From positions 2,485,589 to 2,549,588 of the forward strand of contig MU053994.1 in NCBI GenBank assembly GCA_013239625.1: a DNA stretch of 64,000 nt, written 5' to 3'. Position 1 is the first letter of the stretch. Each line of letters begins with the position of its first letter. The notes under the pieces were generated by a model. The model did not search any database, was not told the DNA's origin, and saw only the letters and a list, made by a program, of their open reading frames with translations. Below are positions 13,024 through 26,345 of the stretch, one piece after another. Source of the DNA: Lama guanicoe. Taxonomy: Eukaryota. Both the position numbers and the translations under genes were made by a program.

Positions 13024-13619
13024 AGTCACTTATCTATTCAAAGTAACTGCTCAAGTGTTTATTCATCCTCAGGTGGACAAAAAGCCCAGTTTCTCTGCCC
13101 CTATCCTGGTGAATTATCCAATTCCATCCCAACTCTGCTTCCTAGCACATGGAGGAGAAAGAACGAGAGAAATCTGAGCAGTCCCCCAACAGACACCGTG
13201 GTTTTTTGCTGCCGTGGCTGCCCCTGAGTCTTGCTGGTGAAAAGCAGTGGTCTGATTCAGTCCAACCACCTAATTCATTGCTAGTCCAGCTCCCATCCAG
13301 GCTTCGGTGGCTCTTCAAGGAAGGCCGACCCCCTCCCTCTGGGGAGCCCTAAGATAAGGTGCCAAGAGCTGGAGCCCAGTGTAAGTTTCTTCACTTGTCC
13401 ATGAAACACTCAGCCCTTGTTTCCACAACACACCTGGGGGCCTGCAGCCCCAGCCCCACCCCAGCCAGAATCCACCTTCCCCAACAGTGTCAGTGCTGCG
13501 GGCTTGAGCCTACTCAAGCTTCCTCCTTTTTGGTGTATTTCCCCAAGGGTCCCTGGGTCCCCTCCCCAGCCAGCAGCCCATCCTCTGCCCCCAGGACCAT
13601 TTCAACCCATCAGAGAAGG

Positions 13620-13738
13620 AGGGAGTAGGGAAATAGCTCAGTGGTAAAGTGCCTGCTTAGCATGCACAATGTCCTGGGTTCAATCCCCATGTACCTCCAC
13701 TAAAAAAATAAATAGACCTAATTACCTCCCCCTCAGAA
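13620..13738 (+). mobile_element. tRNA-derived SINE (vic-1-like) with perfect 17-bp TSD
   Basis: tagctcagtggt...gggttcaatcccc; TSD caacccatcagagaagg at 13603-13619 and 13739-13755. Confidence 0.9.
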
Positions 13739-14285
13739 CAACCCATCAGAGAAGGGAGATTCCACAAAAGTGAGGGATTCAAGCCAGTTCCCTGTATTCC
13801 CTGTAATCTCAGGAATCTCTTGATCGCCACACAAATTTACCCTGGGATAGTCTGTGCATACCAAGGCCTTCTGAGAGAGGCAGGCCACATCCAGCCACAA
13901 AGAAAGGTCCTGTCATATCCGTCCCCTGGGCTGTCTGTCACTGGGCATCTACATAGCTAGTAGAAGTGGCTCAAGGACCCCTTAGAACCAAGATGACCTG
14001 CTGCCTCCTCCTACACATCCTTTGTTGTTTTGCCTTCGTTTTGTTTGTTTTTAATTTTCATTGTGTTCAATTCTTTTTCAAGCAGGTCATATATTTGCAT
14101 AGTTCAAAATTCAAAAGATATCAAAGGATATGTGAGAGAAAGTCTCCCTTCTACCCCTGTTCTCCACCACCCAGACCCTCTCCCCAAATAGCAACCAGTT
14201 TTATCAGTTTTCTTGTGTTTCCTTCAGAAATATACAAGCCAATCTCTCTCTCTCCCTCTCTCCCCCCCCCATATATATATGTATC

Positions 14286-14895
14286 TGATGCAGGAAGAAT
14301 GAACGTGGGGTGAGAGGAGGGCCGTGTCCCAGGTCTCAGTTGAGCCCCTGGGACGCGCCCCGCCAAGTGTGGGTCCTTGGCTTCGCGCAGAAAACAATTC
14401 AAGAGTGAGCCTCAGTTGAGTAAAAATAGATACATACTTCATAGAGTGTAGGCTGTTTCAGGAGGCGAGAGAAAGGCCACGGGGTGTGGGGGTTGGGTGC
14501 TCAGGTTAAAGTAAAAGTAGGTATACACTCCATAGACAGAGTGCGGGCCATCTCTGGAGATGAGGGAGTGAGAGAGGCGGCCACGAGGCACGGTGTTGCT
14601 AGTTTTTATGGGCTCAGTAACTTCACATGCCAACAAGTGGGACCATTCCAACTACCCTGGGGAAGGGGCTGAGATTCCCAGGCATTGGGCCACCACCCAC
14701 TCTCTGACCTTTTGTGGTCAGCCTTGGAACTGTCATGGCGCTTGTGGGCATGTTATTTATCATGCTGATATGTTACAATGAAGCTCCGGGTCTACCAGAA
14801 GTCAAATCTCCTACCATCTTGAGCCTCAAGGCATACTGGGAGTTCAGTCTTCCACCATTTTGGTGTTAATTACTGCATTGTTCCTTTAATGGCTC
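14286..14895 (-). mobile_element. Probable ERV1-class solo LTR
   Basis: About 600-bp GC-richer block interrupting an old L1; internal ~90-bp degenerate duplication (14420-14500 / 14510-14600); antisense TATA-like tttttatg. Confidence 0.5.
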
Positions 14896-15568
14896 TATCT
14901 ATAGGTAGATATATATAAAGAGAGAGATTCCCCTCCTTTTTACATGAATGATAGGATACAATACACAGTGTTTCACTCCTTGATTTTTTTCACTTAAGAA
15001 GATATCTTCACAGCCAAGCCATAGGGCTTTCTTTCTTTTTTCTTTTTTTTTTTTTTTTTTTTTTGATGGAAGTATAGTTGATTTACAGTGTTGTGTTAAT
15101 TTCTGGTGCACATATAGGGCTTTCTGCTCTTATTATAGCTGCAGAGTATTCCAAAGTAGACATGTACTATAAGTTATTTAGTTGAGAGTCTTCTATTGGT
15201 AGACTTTTAGGCTGTTTGCAATCTTTAATTACAAACAAAACTGTACTGAATAAACTTATAAACAGGACCCAGACAGCTTTTAACGAGCAACGTTTCTTAC
15301 CTAGAAAGAAATTAGAATTCCAACTAAGGAGGCACCCTGCTGTATAACATAAAGAATGATTAACTACTCCAGAGGATCAGAAAAGATAGAACTTACTTTT
15401 GGCTGCTTCGGGGGCCGAGCTGGGGAGAGGAGGTGTGTGGAGTGGGAGGGCTGAATCTTCAGGAGGGGAGTTCATAGATGAATTCGTTTAGAAAAAATGA
15501 AGTTACATTGAACTACGTATAGAACATACGGTATGGAGGAGGGAGATTTGTTATTTCAATTTTAAAAA

Positions 15569-15699
15569 GGGGGGAGGGTGTAGCTCAGTGGTAGAGCACG
15601 TGCTTAGCTTGTACAAGGTCCTGGGTTCAATCCCCAGTACCTCCATTAAAAAAATAATAATAAAATAAATAAACCGACTTACCAACCCCCCCAAAAAAA
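15569..15699 (+). mobile_element. tRNA-derived SINE (vic-1-like)
   Basis: ggggagggtgtagctcagtggtagagc...gggttcaatccccagtacctcc plus A-rich tail. Confidence 0.9.
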
Positions 15700-17764
15700 C
15701 TCCTTTAACTTAAAAACTCCAGTATTGTATTAACATGGAGTTATATACACAGCTTGCTCAAGAAAGTAAATGCCAGGCACTTTAAAATAAATTACAGGAT
15801 AATGCAAAATGTGACCCAGTTCTTAGGAACACAGACTATAAAACACTATAATGAAGGCAAAAATCCACATCAAATCCCATTGTCTCAGAAAATAGAATTT
15901 AAAGAAGTTCTTCCCTATTCAGTAGTTATCACTGGTAAATTAGAATAATTCTGTCCCTGCCCTTTGTCACTAATATGTGCTTGCCACTTCTTGGCAAATG
16001 TCTCTGGTTTGCTTTTTGGTTGGTGGGTGAATGGTGAGCATAATGCAGTTAAGGTAGCAGATTTCCCCACAAACAGGTGGGGCAGACATAATGTCCTTCC
16101 ACGTTGCACTTGAGGCTCTGAATTATTAATTAGGACGTTAAATATATTGCTCAGTGCATGAGGTTATATTTAACTCCAAATACTGACAGTCTCAGCTTTG
16201 CACCTTCCTGGGTTTGAAAATTTGATCTGTAACGACAGGATTTCTTACGTTTGTTCAGAAAATCATCCCTGTACCAAGGGTGGGGAATCCCTTTAAGCTG
16301 ACCCAGAGAGGTGAAGGGTCAGTTGAGGTCTGGGATGGGATCCCCAAATAGGACCTGGGAAAAGAGCAACAGCCAATCCACCATTATTAACTCCTTGGCA
16401 CTTCACTCCCAGGTTCCACCTTCCAGAAAATTCTGTCTAGAAGTATTAGCAAAGACTTGGGCTTCCGTCAACCAGACCTGGGTTCAGATGTGGATTCCAC
16501 CAAAATCTAAGACACAAAAATCGGGGATTAGAACAATAAATTCGGGTGCATCCCCTCAATGAAATATAATACAATTGTTATATTAAAAATTTTATGCAGA
16601 CATTTTGTGAAATGGATGGCAGTGCAGCGTTTAATGTAAAGGCAAAACTTTGGAAGCATTTTCAAGGTCTGTTGAAACAGGTTTGGAAAACCACCAGGTT
16701 GGAACAAGAGTGGGTCCCAGGCCCAAATCAGCCAGGTATGAACAGGCCAAAGCAACAGTGGCACAGCCTCTTCTGTGTACCCAGAGGAGTCCCACCTCAG
16801 TCCTTGCATGCGAAGTTCATTTAAGGCGAAGGGTACAGTCTTCTAGAAGCAGGATTCTGTTAGCCTTGGGGGCGGCATCAGGCAACCAGAATATCCAAAT
16901 TCATGGCAGGACAAAGGCCCCCTTAGAGATCTAGCCGTAGGTGCCATTAAGCCTAGGCTACGTGCCTGTCTAGATTCAACCGCCCTGTCTGTGCAAATTC
17001 CGGGAGTGTCTCTCAAATCATTCAGCCAATCCATACACCTTGAATAAGTCTCAATTCAACAGGAAGAGCCCATTGGGAATATCCATTGTGTAGGTTCACT
17101 TGGACACTCATTATGCTAATAAGCAAAATCTAGTGTTGACGGGAAGTAAAAGAAGGTGAAGCAGGTGGCTATCCACTCCTAGAGTGTGAGGTCCTGTAAA
17201 GAGCGATCAACTGGCCCTGAAAGCACACCTTAAACTAAATAAAGCACTTTATAACACACTGCCTGTCTTTAAAGTAAATTACAAACATCATAACTCAGAC
17301 AACAGAATACTACGCACCAGTTAAAAGGAGTTTGACACAGCTCCACTTCCTGCCATGGCAAGATAGCTGAACCATTGTAAAGTAAAGTAAGTGGGATTAT
17401 ATGATGTGATTTTAATATTTATAAAAAAAGTAAAATCATGTACATGATTAAATAGGTATAGAGGAAAGTCTAGACAGATATGGAATTTATTGTCACCCAT
17501 AGAGAGTATGATTAGCGGGAAGAGAAGAGGGAACCTTCCCCTTTGTTCTTGCTGCATTTCTGTATTTTGAATTTTTGTGAGTTTGTATTACTTTGATAAC
17601 GTGGATTTTTTCAAATGAACACTTTTTATAAAAGGATGTGGCAGAAGAATAATTACGTGTAGAAAGTTTTAATATATTCTTGGGTCAAATGTTTATAATA
17701 TATTCTTGGGTAAAAGACATTAGATAGTATCACTACGGCAACCGTTGTTTCCTCATCTGTGTGC

Positions 17765-18563
17765 AACTCCCCGGTGGGAGACTGTATTTTCCTAAGATGG
17801 CCACGCCAATAAATATCCCACCCCGCAGGCTCTTCTTCCGATGTGACTTTGACAGGCCTCCATTGACAGGCGCTGGAGGCCGTCTGTGTTCCCTCCCTTG
17901 GAACCTGGGCAGACTTTTCTGTCTGCCTTGACGGAGCAAAGGAGGTGATGAGCAAGTGAGCAAGGAAATGACTGACGCTCAGTGACCTTTGGAGGCCAGG
18001 TTATAAAATTCAAGATGGCTTCCACCTGGTTTTCTCTCCCTCTTGGGACAAACACTTGGGCCTTTGGAGTCCTGAGGCATCATGTAAGACAGCTGGTTAC
18101 CCTGAAGCCACCATGCTGAAATGACCATGTGGAGAGACCATGGGGAAATGGGTAGGGGGAGGGGGAGGGTGTAGCTCAGTAGTAGAGCACGTGCTTAGCG
18201 TGCATGAGGTCTTGAGTTCAATCCCCACTACCTCCATTAAAAACAAATAATAAAAAGTAAAGTTTAAAAAAAAGAAATATAGAGAGAGGAAGATACCCAG
18301 TGTGCCCAGCTGTTCCAGCTCCAGCTCCCTACTTGTCTGAGTCTTCCCAGTCCAGGTGTCAGACACATGAGTGCAGAAGCCTGCCAGATGACACCTCCAG
18401 CCACTAGCAGCAACAGCATGAGAGATCCCAAGCCAGGACACCACCCAGCTGAGCCGCTCCCAAATTCCTGATGCAGAGAACCCCTAAGAGATGATAAAAA
18501 AATTATGATTGGAAGCCACCAAGTTTGGGGGTGATTTGTGGTGCAGCAATTCGTAACTACTAC
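17765..18563. mobile_element. MLT1F-like LTR interrupted by a SINE
   Basis: ctgaagccaccatgctg, ccagatgacacctccagcc, aagccaccaagtttgggggtgatttgt. Confidence 0.7.
18155..18273 (+). mobile_element. tRNA-derived SINE (vic-1-like)
   Basis: A/B boxes plus A tail. Confidence 0.88.
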
Positions 18564-19049
18564 ACCCCCTGCTGAAAAAATCTGCCACTTCATTGGTCCG
18601 GGAGGGGAAGCCCTAGGAATCTGTTGGCTCCACACACCCCTACACATACCAACAGTGACGGGACCCCTGGAGGCTGGCTGATCCCAGCGGGACTTCTCTG
18701 CTTCTCTCTTCCAGAAATTTGGAACTTGAACACCAATATTGAGTCTCCTAGCTTTGGGGGCACTAGGAACTTCAGTGTCAGGTTCTGCCCTGTGTCCCAG
18801 CCTGTAGAAGAAGGACTCAAACACTCAAGAGAAAAGCAAGAAAGAGACTCTGTAACCTTAAAGGAGGATGGGAGGAGGAACCTCGTTTCCTATTTTTCTG
18901 TTTTGTTCCTGGTGCTCTTCCTTGGTTCTTCCTTGAGACACCCTCGTAAACCATCATCATCTGTCACCACCTTTATTATGATGGCTATGGATGACTGAAC
19001 GCTCACTATGCCAAGCACTGTTCTAAGTACTGTATGCATAGTAACTTTA

Positions 19050-19133
19050 TGTTTTGTTGGAGGTACTGGGGATTGAACCCAGGACCTCGTGCCTGCCAAG
19101 CGTGCACTCTACCACTGAGCTATACCCTCCCTC
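19050..19133 (-). mobile_element. tRNA-derived SINE inserted in a MIR (18975-19255)
   Basis: TSD catagtaacttta / catactaacttta; MIR core acagatgaggaaactgag at ~19190. Confidence 0.85.
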
Positions 19134-20622
19134 CATACTAACTTTAATCCTCACACGATTTGTGGGGTTGACACCACGAATATCCACATTTACAGATGAG
19201 GAAACTGAGCCCTGAAAGGTAAAATCACTTGTCTGAGGTCACACAGGCAGTTGGATAATACGAACTCTTTATCCAAAACTGTTGCTATATACCCTTAGAT
19301 TCTGCCAACAAAGACCCCCTGTTTTTATTAAGGTCTTAAGGTGAGCAAACGGGTCACTTGCAAACAAATTGTTTCTGATCTTGCCAGATGCGTATGGAAC
19401 CGTTCCAGTTTGGTAAAATTTGATACAAACAAACATGAGTCGAGAGGGAAGAATGCGATGTTGCAGGAGACTCCGCGATAGCTCCAGAGACAAGTGCAGG
19501 TCAGAACTCCCTGGGGCTCCCAGGCTGCAGGCTTTAGCTGCTGGTTGAGGGGGAGGGCACTGCGGCTGCGCAGGAGTGGAGGCGTGGGGTGGGGGATTCC
19601 GGCCGAGAACATTTATGCTTCTGCGCAGGCAAATTCACGAGAGGAGGATGGAAGGAAATGAATCAAAACTCCTGTTTGTATAGGTCAAAACTGAGGGACT
19701 CTAAGTAAAGCATGGACTTCAGTTAATCGTAATGTAGTAATATTGGTTCCTTAGTTTGGACAAATATACTAAACTAACAGAAAATGTTAATGATAGGGGA
19801 CAGTGTGGGGTAGGTGGGAACTCTGTACTATTTTGGCAACTTTTCTGTACACCTCAAACTCTTCTAAAATTAAAAGTGAAAAAAAAAAGTGTACTCAAAC
19901 AAGGAAACAATCTGCAACCGGAAGTCTGAACCGGGCACCAGTCTGACAGTGCACAAAAGGGAGCAAAGGCCAGACCAGGAGTCTGAACGCCGGGGTTCAG
20001 TCTGATCTGCCCTTCTCTTCGCGACCCTGGGTAACACGCTGAGCGCGCATCGGAACCCAGGACACGCAAGCCGTGGGCGGGGACCACGCCTGAGCGCAGT
20101 GACAGTGCCAAGCCAGGCTGGTAGGCTCCCCTCACATCTCTCACTAATCTCATTAACGACCGAGAACCGGTCAGCACAAGGACCCTAGTGGGAGAAGAGG
20201 GAGCACAGCTGGTTTCCTGATGCTGATAATGGATCGTAATGACCAATGCGCGCTCCTCCCCTTTATGGTCAGCAGGATGGATGCCCAGCAGCTGGCTAGA
20301 GCTAGGAGTGTGGTCTCCCCAAGGGCGCGGGCGGGGGTAGACAGGGGCTCGAAGACTTGCTGGAAGGTTTAAATAGCTGTGGGGGTGGGGAGGAAGAGAG
20401 GAGGCAGTGATTGGGTCAGAAGAAAGGATGGTCGGGCAGGTTTGAGGCCCCCAGCTGGGAGCCAATCCCCAGTGGTAGGGAAATTTCTAAAGCAGCAGTC
20501 AGCAGGTCGTTATAGGAAAAGGTGAGCAGCCATATGGTCTCTGGATCCGGGTTTTGACCAGTTGTTCCAAGAGAAGACCTGAGAGCAAAGGGAATCAGGC
20601 TGTGGTTAAGAGAAAGAGTGAG

Positions 20623-20823
20623 GTGGGGGAGGGTGTAGCTCAGTGGTAGAATGTGTGCTTAGCATGCACGGAGGTCCTGGGTTCAATCCCCACTACCTCC
20701 GTTAAAAATAAATCAACCTAATACCACCAACCCAAACAAACACCAAAAGCATTCTGTCACTTTATAAGGGCTCAAAAATATTTATTCAATAAACATAATA
20801 ACAAACTATGCTTTTAAAAAAAG
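20623..20823 (+). mobile_element. tRNA-derived SINE with extended 3' tail
   Basis: A/B boxes; TSD agagaaagagtgag at 20609-20622 and 20824-20837. Confidence 0.85.
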
Positions 20824-21419
20824 AGAGAAAGAGTGAGAGGTTGTCCATGGGTACGATGCCGAATGAGGATGGCAGAAAAGACAGAAGGGGAGTTGATGGG
20901 GGAAATAGAGGACAAAGGGCCTGATGAGGCCACCAAGCATCCCAACCAGCTCCCATCAGCTTCAGAAACTGCCTTGTAAACAGTTGTGGCTGAAGTATGG
21001 TCTTGCCTTTGTGATTATCTGGAAATTGAACCTGCTGTGATCACTTCACTAGCAGAAGATTCCCTTCATTTCATTTGTGTATGAAGAGAAACCATCATTT
21101 GTTAATTTGTTCACTTTTCATTCACTCATATATCCAATGCTGAGTGTTCACAACGTGCCCTGTGAACACTGGGCCTGTTAACTGGGAGATGAATTATGAA
21201 AAGGAGCTTTTCCCCTTTTCCCCTTCAAATGGGACGTAAATTCTCAGCTTACTGATGCAAGGCTCAGCTCCAAGTTAGCAGGCCCAGTGTTCACGGAGCA
21301 CATTGTAAACACACAACATTGAATATAGGAACGAATGAGTGAATGAACAAATGCAACCACTTCTGTTTATGTTAGTTTGAATATGCCTATCCACTAGGTG
21401 CAATCTGAGAATACTCTAC

Positions 21420-24055
21420 TTTTAAAATATTTTAGGTGTAATTTGCATATGGTAAAATGCACAAGTCTTAAGTGAATGGCTTGTGTTTTCATCTATATAT
21501 ATCCCCCATGTAACCACCGTCCAGATCAAGATACAGAACATTTCCATCACCCCAGAAAGTTCCCTTGTGCCCCTTCTCAGTCTATCTCCCTCTCCCTTAC
21601 CCTCAGATAACGAATATTCTGACTTCTCCCATAGATTCAGAGGACACAGTCCTTTTGATTAGGTTTTTAGCGGGGCAGGGTTGGAGAGAACCCAAAGTCA
21701 CTGAAATCAGCAGCCAGTGGCTCAGTAAGATGAAATGCCCGCTAAAACTTGGAAATAAGATTGCCATCTGTCTCAAAGTTTAATCAGGAAAACAAATATG
21801 GTGGAGACCATGGAAGGGGCTGGGAAGCGCTCAAGAATGGAGAGGTGTGGTCTGTGCAGTCACCCCCAAAAAGGGGCTTATTACAGTGCCTTGTCAGTCT
21901 GACACAAATATCCAGTCTGCCCAGTGGCTGTATTCAAGCTGTGGAGATGGGTTCAATAGAGCCACATGCATTAAAAATTTCTCTGATTGCATACTCATCA
22001 AGTTGATTTTGAGTAACTAGGATTCTTGTGTTACTTCCATTTTTGGAGAGGATACACATGAATATGCAGACTACCACATACTTACATATGTCAAAATGCT
22101 ACTTGCAACATTAAGAGTTTTTTGAGTTTTTTGTTTTGGGCCAATGTCACAGAGTCAGATTCTCTCAGGGACACTGACGGAACTAGGGTTCTCAGGCTAG
22201 AAGGCTGAAGCCTGGATTCTGCCCTGTGGTGAATTCCCATGGTAGACACCATCTCTAAGATCTCTTGGAAGAGAAGTGTTAACAAGGCAACCACGACTCT
22301 GGCCTTTCTTTGGAAACTTCCTCCCTCACTGAGGACGTGTTCTGTAAACTCAAGATTCTCCAAACATAAGTTGAAATTACATACAAATAATTCCTACCAA
22401 GTCAAAGGGAGTTTCACCTTCTCAGGATTCAAAAACACAACTTAGATTTTCTTAAACCTTTTTTAATTGTAAAATATAACACACAAAGAAATATACAACA
22501 TCAATGTTCAAAATATGGATAATTATGAAATGAACACTAGTGTAACAACCACCACCTAAGTCATTAAGAAATGACCAGCACCCCCAAATCCTTCTGCACG
22601 TCCCTTTTAGACACAGCTCCCTCCCTACTATCCTGCAGGTGACTTTTATGGCATTTTTTGGTAAACATTTCCTTGCTTTTCTTTATATTTTGACTTCCTA
22701 CTGCTGCATCCCTAATCAATATACTTCCTTTTTGCCTGTTTTTGAATTTTATATAATGAAATTATACTGTTCATTTCTTATTTATATATAATATGATACA
22801 ATGTAAATATAATGAACAGTACTTATTTACATTTATTCATTTTCATTGTGGTATAGTATTTCATTGTACAAAATATACCACAATTTATCATCCAGTCCAC
22901 CGTTAATGGATATTTAAGTTGCTTCCAGTCTTTGGCTATTATAAACAGTGCTGTTATGAACATTCTTGTACGTGCATCGTGGCACATGTAAGTGCATATT
23001 CCTGTAGTGTTTCTTCCAAGGAATGGAAGTGCTGGATTATAGGGTCTGTATATCTTCAGCTTTAATAGATTAGGCCAATGTTTTTAAAAGAAAAAGATCA
23101 TCGAACCAATTCATACTCCCGTCAATATGTTTCGAGAGTTTCAGTTGATCACGTGCTTGCCTACACTTGGCATGGTCAGACTTTTAAATTTTTGCCAATC
23201 TAGTGGTGTGTTGTGGCATCTCATGGTTTCAAATTTGCATTTCCCTAACTACTAATGCTAACAAAGTTGAGCATCTTTTTCTCTAGTTGCTAGGCTGTAG
23301 TATTTCCTCTTCTGTAAAGTACCTATTCAGGTTGGTTGCCCATTTTTCTATCAGGTTGTCTTTGTCTTAGTTATTTGTAGGAACGATTTCCACATTCTGG
23401 ATACAACTTATCTTTTCCTATTTTGTGGCTTGTATTTTTCACTTTATGGTTTTTTTTTTAATTGACTTTATTTTTTAGGACAATTTTAGATTTACAGAAA
23501 AATTGAGAGCATCGTACAGGGAGTTCCCATTACCTCACACTCAGTTTTCCTTATTACTAACATCTTTCATTAGTATGGTACATTTGTCACAATGAAGGAA
23601 CCAAAATATATGGATCCATTATTATTGACTAGAATCTATACTTTATTCAGGTTTCCTTTTCCTGTTGCAGGACCCCATCCAAGATCCCCCATTACATTCA
23701 GTTGTCATGTCTCCTGAGGCCCCTCTTTGCTGTGACAGTTTCTCAGACTTTCCTTGTTTTTGATGATCTTGACAGTTTTGAGGGGCACTGGTCAAATATT
23801 TTGTAGGATGTCCCTCCCTTGGGATTTGTGATATTTTTCTCATGATTAGACTGGGATTATGGATTTGGGGAGGAAGGCCACAGAGGTCAAGTGCTATTTT
23901 CATCCCATCATATCAAACCACTCTCAACGTGGTTTGTCACTGTTGATGTTGACCTTGATCACCTGGCTGATGTGGTATTTGTCAGATTCCTTCCCTCCCT
24001 CTCACTCTTCCATTCTGTATATGGGGTCTTTTGAAAAGAAATTCTTAATTTGAAT
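21420..24055 (-). mobile_element. Cluster of old L1M (L1MB/MC/ME-type) 3' fragments, with unique sequence between
   Basis: Antisense L1 3' motifs, e.g. ccagatcaagatacagaacatttcc, ttggctattataaacagtgctg, tttagatttacagaaaaattg. Confidence 0.65.
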
Positions 24056-26151
24056 TGAGTGCAGGCTGCATGGTCTGGGGGCATGGCATGATCTTGGCCG
24101 CCACAAGTCTCCCTGATGGCTGATGCACAGGGACCTGGCCATCTCACCGTGGTCTCTCTGGACCACTCAGAACTTCCTGTTGGAATTAATAGCGGGTGGA
24201 GAGGGCAGTGTAGCAAACTGTATTATGTATTCTTTCAAAACTTCTATCTGAAGATTTGGAACCTGTCCTTTTGGAACTCAGGAGCCAGAGATTTAACATT
24301 TTTGTTTTCTGGTTCTTCTCTTTCCCTCAGGGCAATGCATGGCTGGAGTCCCGGGCTATTTGGCCTGGGAGGAGAGGTGTGGTGAGAGTAGGGGAGGAGG
24401 CTTCTTTTAGGCTAATGCATGGATCATTACTTCAAATATTATCCTGCCACACACACATCCACCTCTAAATGCTTCAGTGGAAAAGTTAACAGCACATCCC
24501 TGGTTGTTTACTGAGTGCTAAAGATTGAATCAGAAGGGCTGTGTTCATAAAAGCAGAACTGCTGATGATTCAGAATGTGACCTTGAGTACATATGCCCTC
24601 CCCCAGCTTTCAATCTCTCGATCTATGAAGCAAGAAGGCTTCCTACAGTGTTTATCCTGCTGAATTCCAAGGATATAAGCAGGAGCAATGCTCCTTTAAG
24701 ACCTCAGATGAAAAGGAGTCTTAGATTTAAAGGATAAGCTATTCACCCCTCGCTCGAAAAAGGATGTTATTTCTTAAGACAGAGTATGAAAGATTGTGAG
24801 ATTTTGAGGTTTTCCTTAGGAGGGGTGGGGGGAAAGAGGCAGGATTTATTTATGTTCCAGTCTATAATATTTTTGGTCTGCTTCCAATTAAAAGAAATAA
24901 GAATGTCCTAGAACTCTTTCAAGAACAGAAAAATTCATCTCTTTCCGTTTCTTAGGCTGGATGAAATTGCAGGAGCTCTGCCCCACTTTTAGCTGATTAT
25001 GCCACTAAATAAGGTTTTTTTTTTTTAGACCAATTTTTTCAGGGAGTTTGGTCTAGAACCTGTTCTAGGATATGCAGCAAGATGGACAAAGAATAAAATG
25101 TTAGTTGCTGTGAGGAGAAATGACTCCATCATGCTTGAAAATGAAATGAAATTTTTTTAAAAAAAGATTGCATTCTTATCGATATTTATTTTTTTCAAGC
25201 CAGTCATTTTAGAGTTGATGTTTTGAAGTTAGCTGCTTTAGACAGTTTTGGGAATCTAACAATTTCACATTCCTAGTGAAAAAATATCCCTTCCTGCTTC
25301 AGATTTCTTTAAAGTCACATTTCTGCAAATTCTCCTCTGAAAGAATGCAAATTCAAGAGTCAACAGTTCTCTAAAATTGAGTGAGAAAATCCAGGTTCCA
25401 GTCCCTAAACTGAAGGTGGGTTTGTTAAGCATAATGGGTTCTAGAAAGTTCAAACCCAAGTATGGGGCAGTGTTCTTCTGATTCCAGTTTTCACCTGTGC
25501 AGGTTTTCCTAGGATAGGTCTGCTACCCGAGAGACTCCTGGGGTCATGGCTTTCAACTCAGTCTCCTTTTTTCTCCCTCTGTTAATCCAGAGAAGAAATG
25601 GAGATTGAAACTGAGGAAACAGTAGGGAAAATTTCCCCCAACTTTGTCCAGCATCTCTGAACAATACAGTGTCTCTCCATTTCCTAACAATTGGAGTGTA
25701 GTTCTTTCATGTAACATTTCACATCCGTAATAAACATGTCCCTAATTGATTTTTTTTAGCTATCTGCGCCCCTCCCCAGTATAATTTCTTCTTTGGTTAA
25801 ACTTAACAGTTAATGCTGAACCTAACAGGCTCTCTCCCTGCCACAGCTTAGTTTTTGCTACCTGAAAGAACCTCCCCACCTCCCATCCTTGCAAATTGAA
25901 ACCACATCTGTCTTTCAAGGTCATGGACTGGGGTATCATTTTCTGACCACAGATGATACACTGTCACTTCTTGCTTCATACCCTAGGTAAAACAAAAGAA
26001 AACACAACAACAAAACCATGAGACGTGGAAAGGGAGGATCCTGGTCAAATTAGTATGTCAAGCCTTCATGGAACACTGAGTGACTGGATTAAGGAAGTAA
26101 TTAACTTAAGTTCTTGTCCCATCACTCCTGCTAGATGAGGAAATCTTAGGT

Positions 26152-26345
26152 ACAGTTGCCAGATTTAGCAAATCAAAACGCAGGGCGCCCAGTTGTATTT
26201 GAATCTCAGATAAACAACGAATACTTTTTTTTTTTAGTGTAAGTACGTCCCATGAAATATTCACGACATTTATGTTAAAAAGTATTCGTTGTTTAGCTGA
26301 AATTCAAATGTAAGTGGGCGTCCTGTAGTTTATCTGGCACCCCTA
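26152..26345 (+). mobile_element. MER53 palindromic hAT MITE
   Basis: gttgccagatttagcaaat...cagataaacaacgaata and tattcgttgtttagctgaaattcaaat...tatctggcacccta; the arms are reverse complements. Confidence 0.9.
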
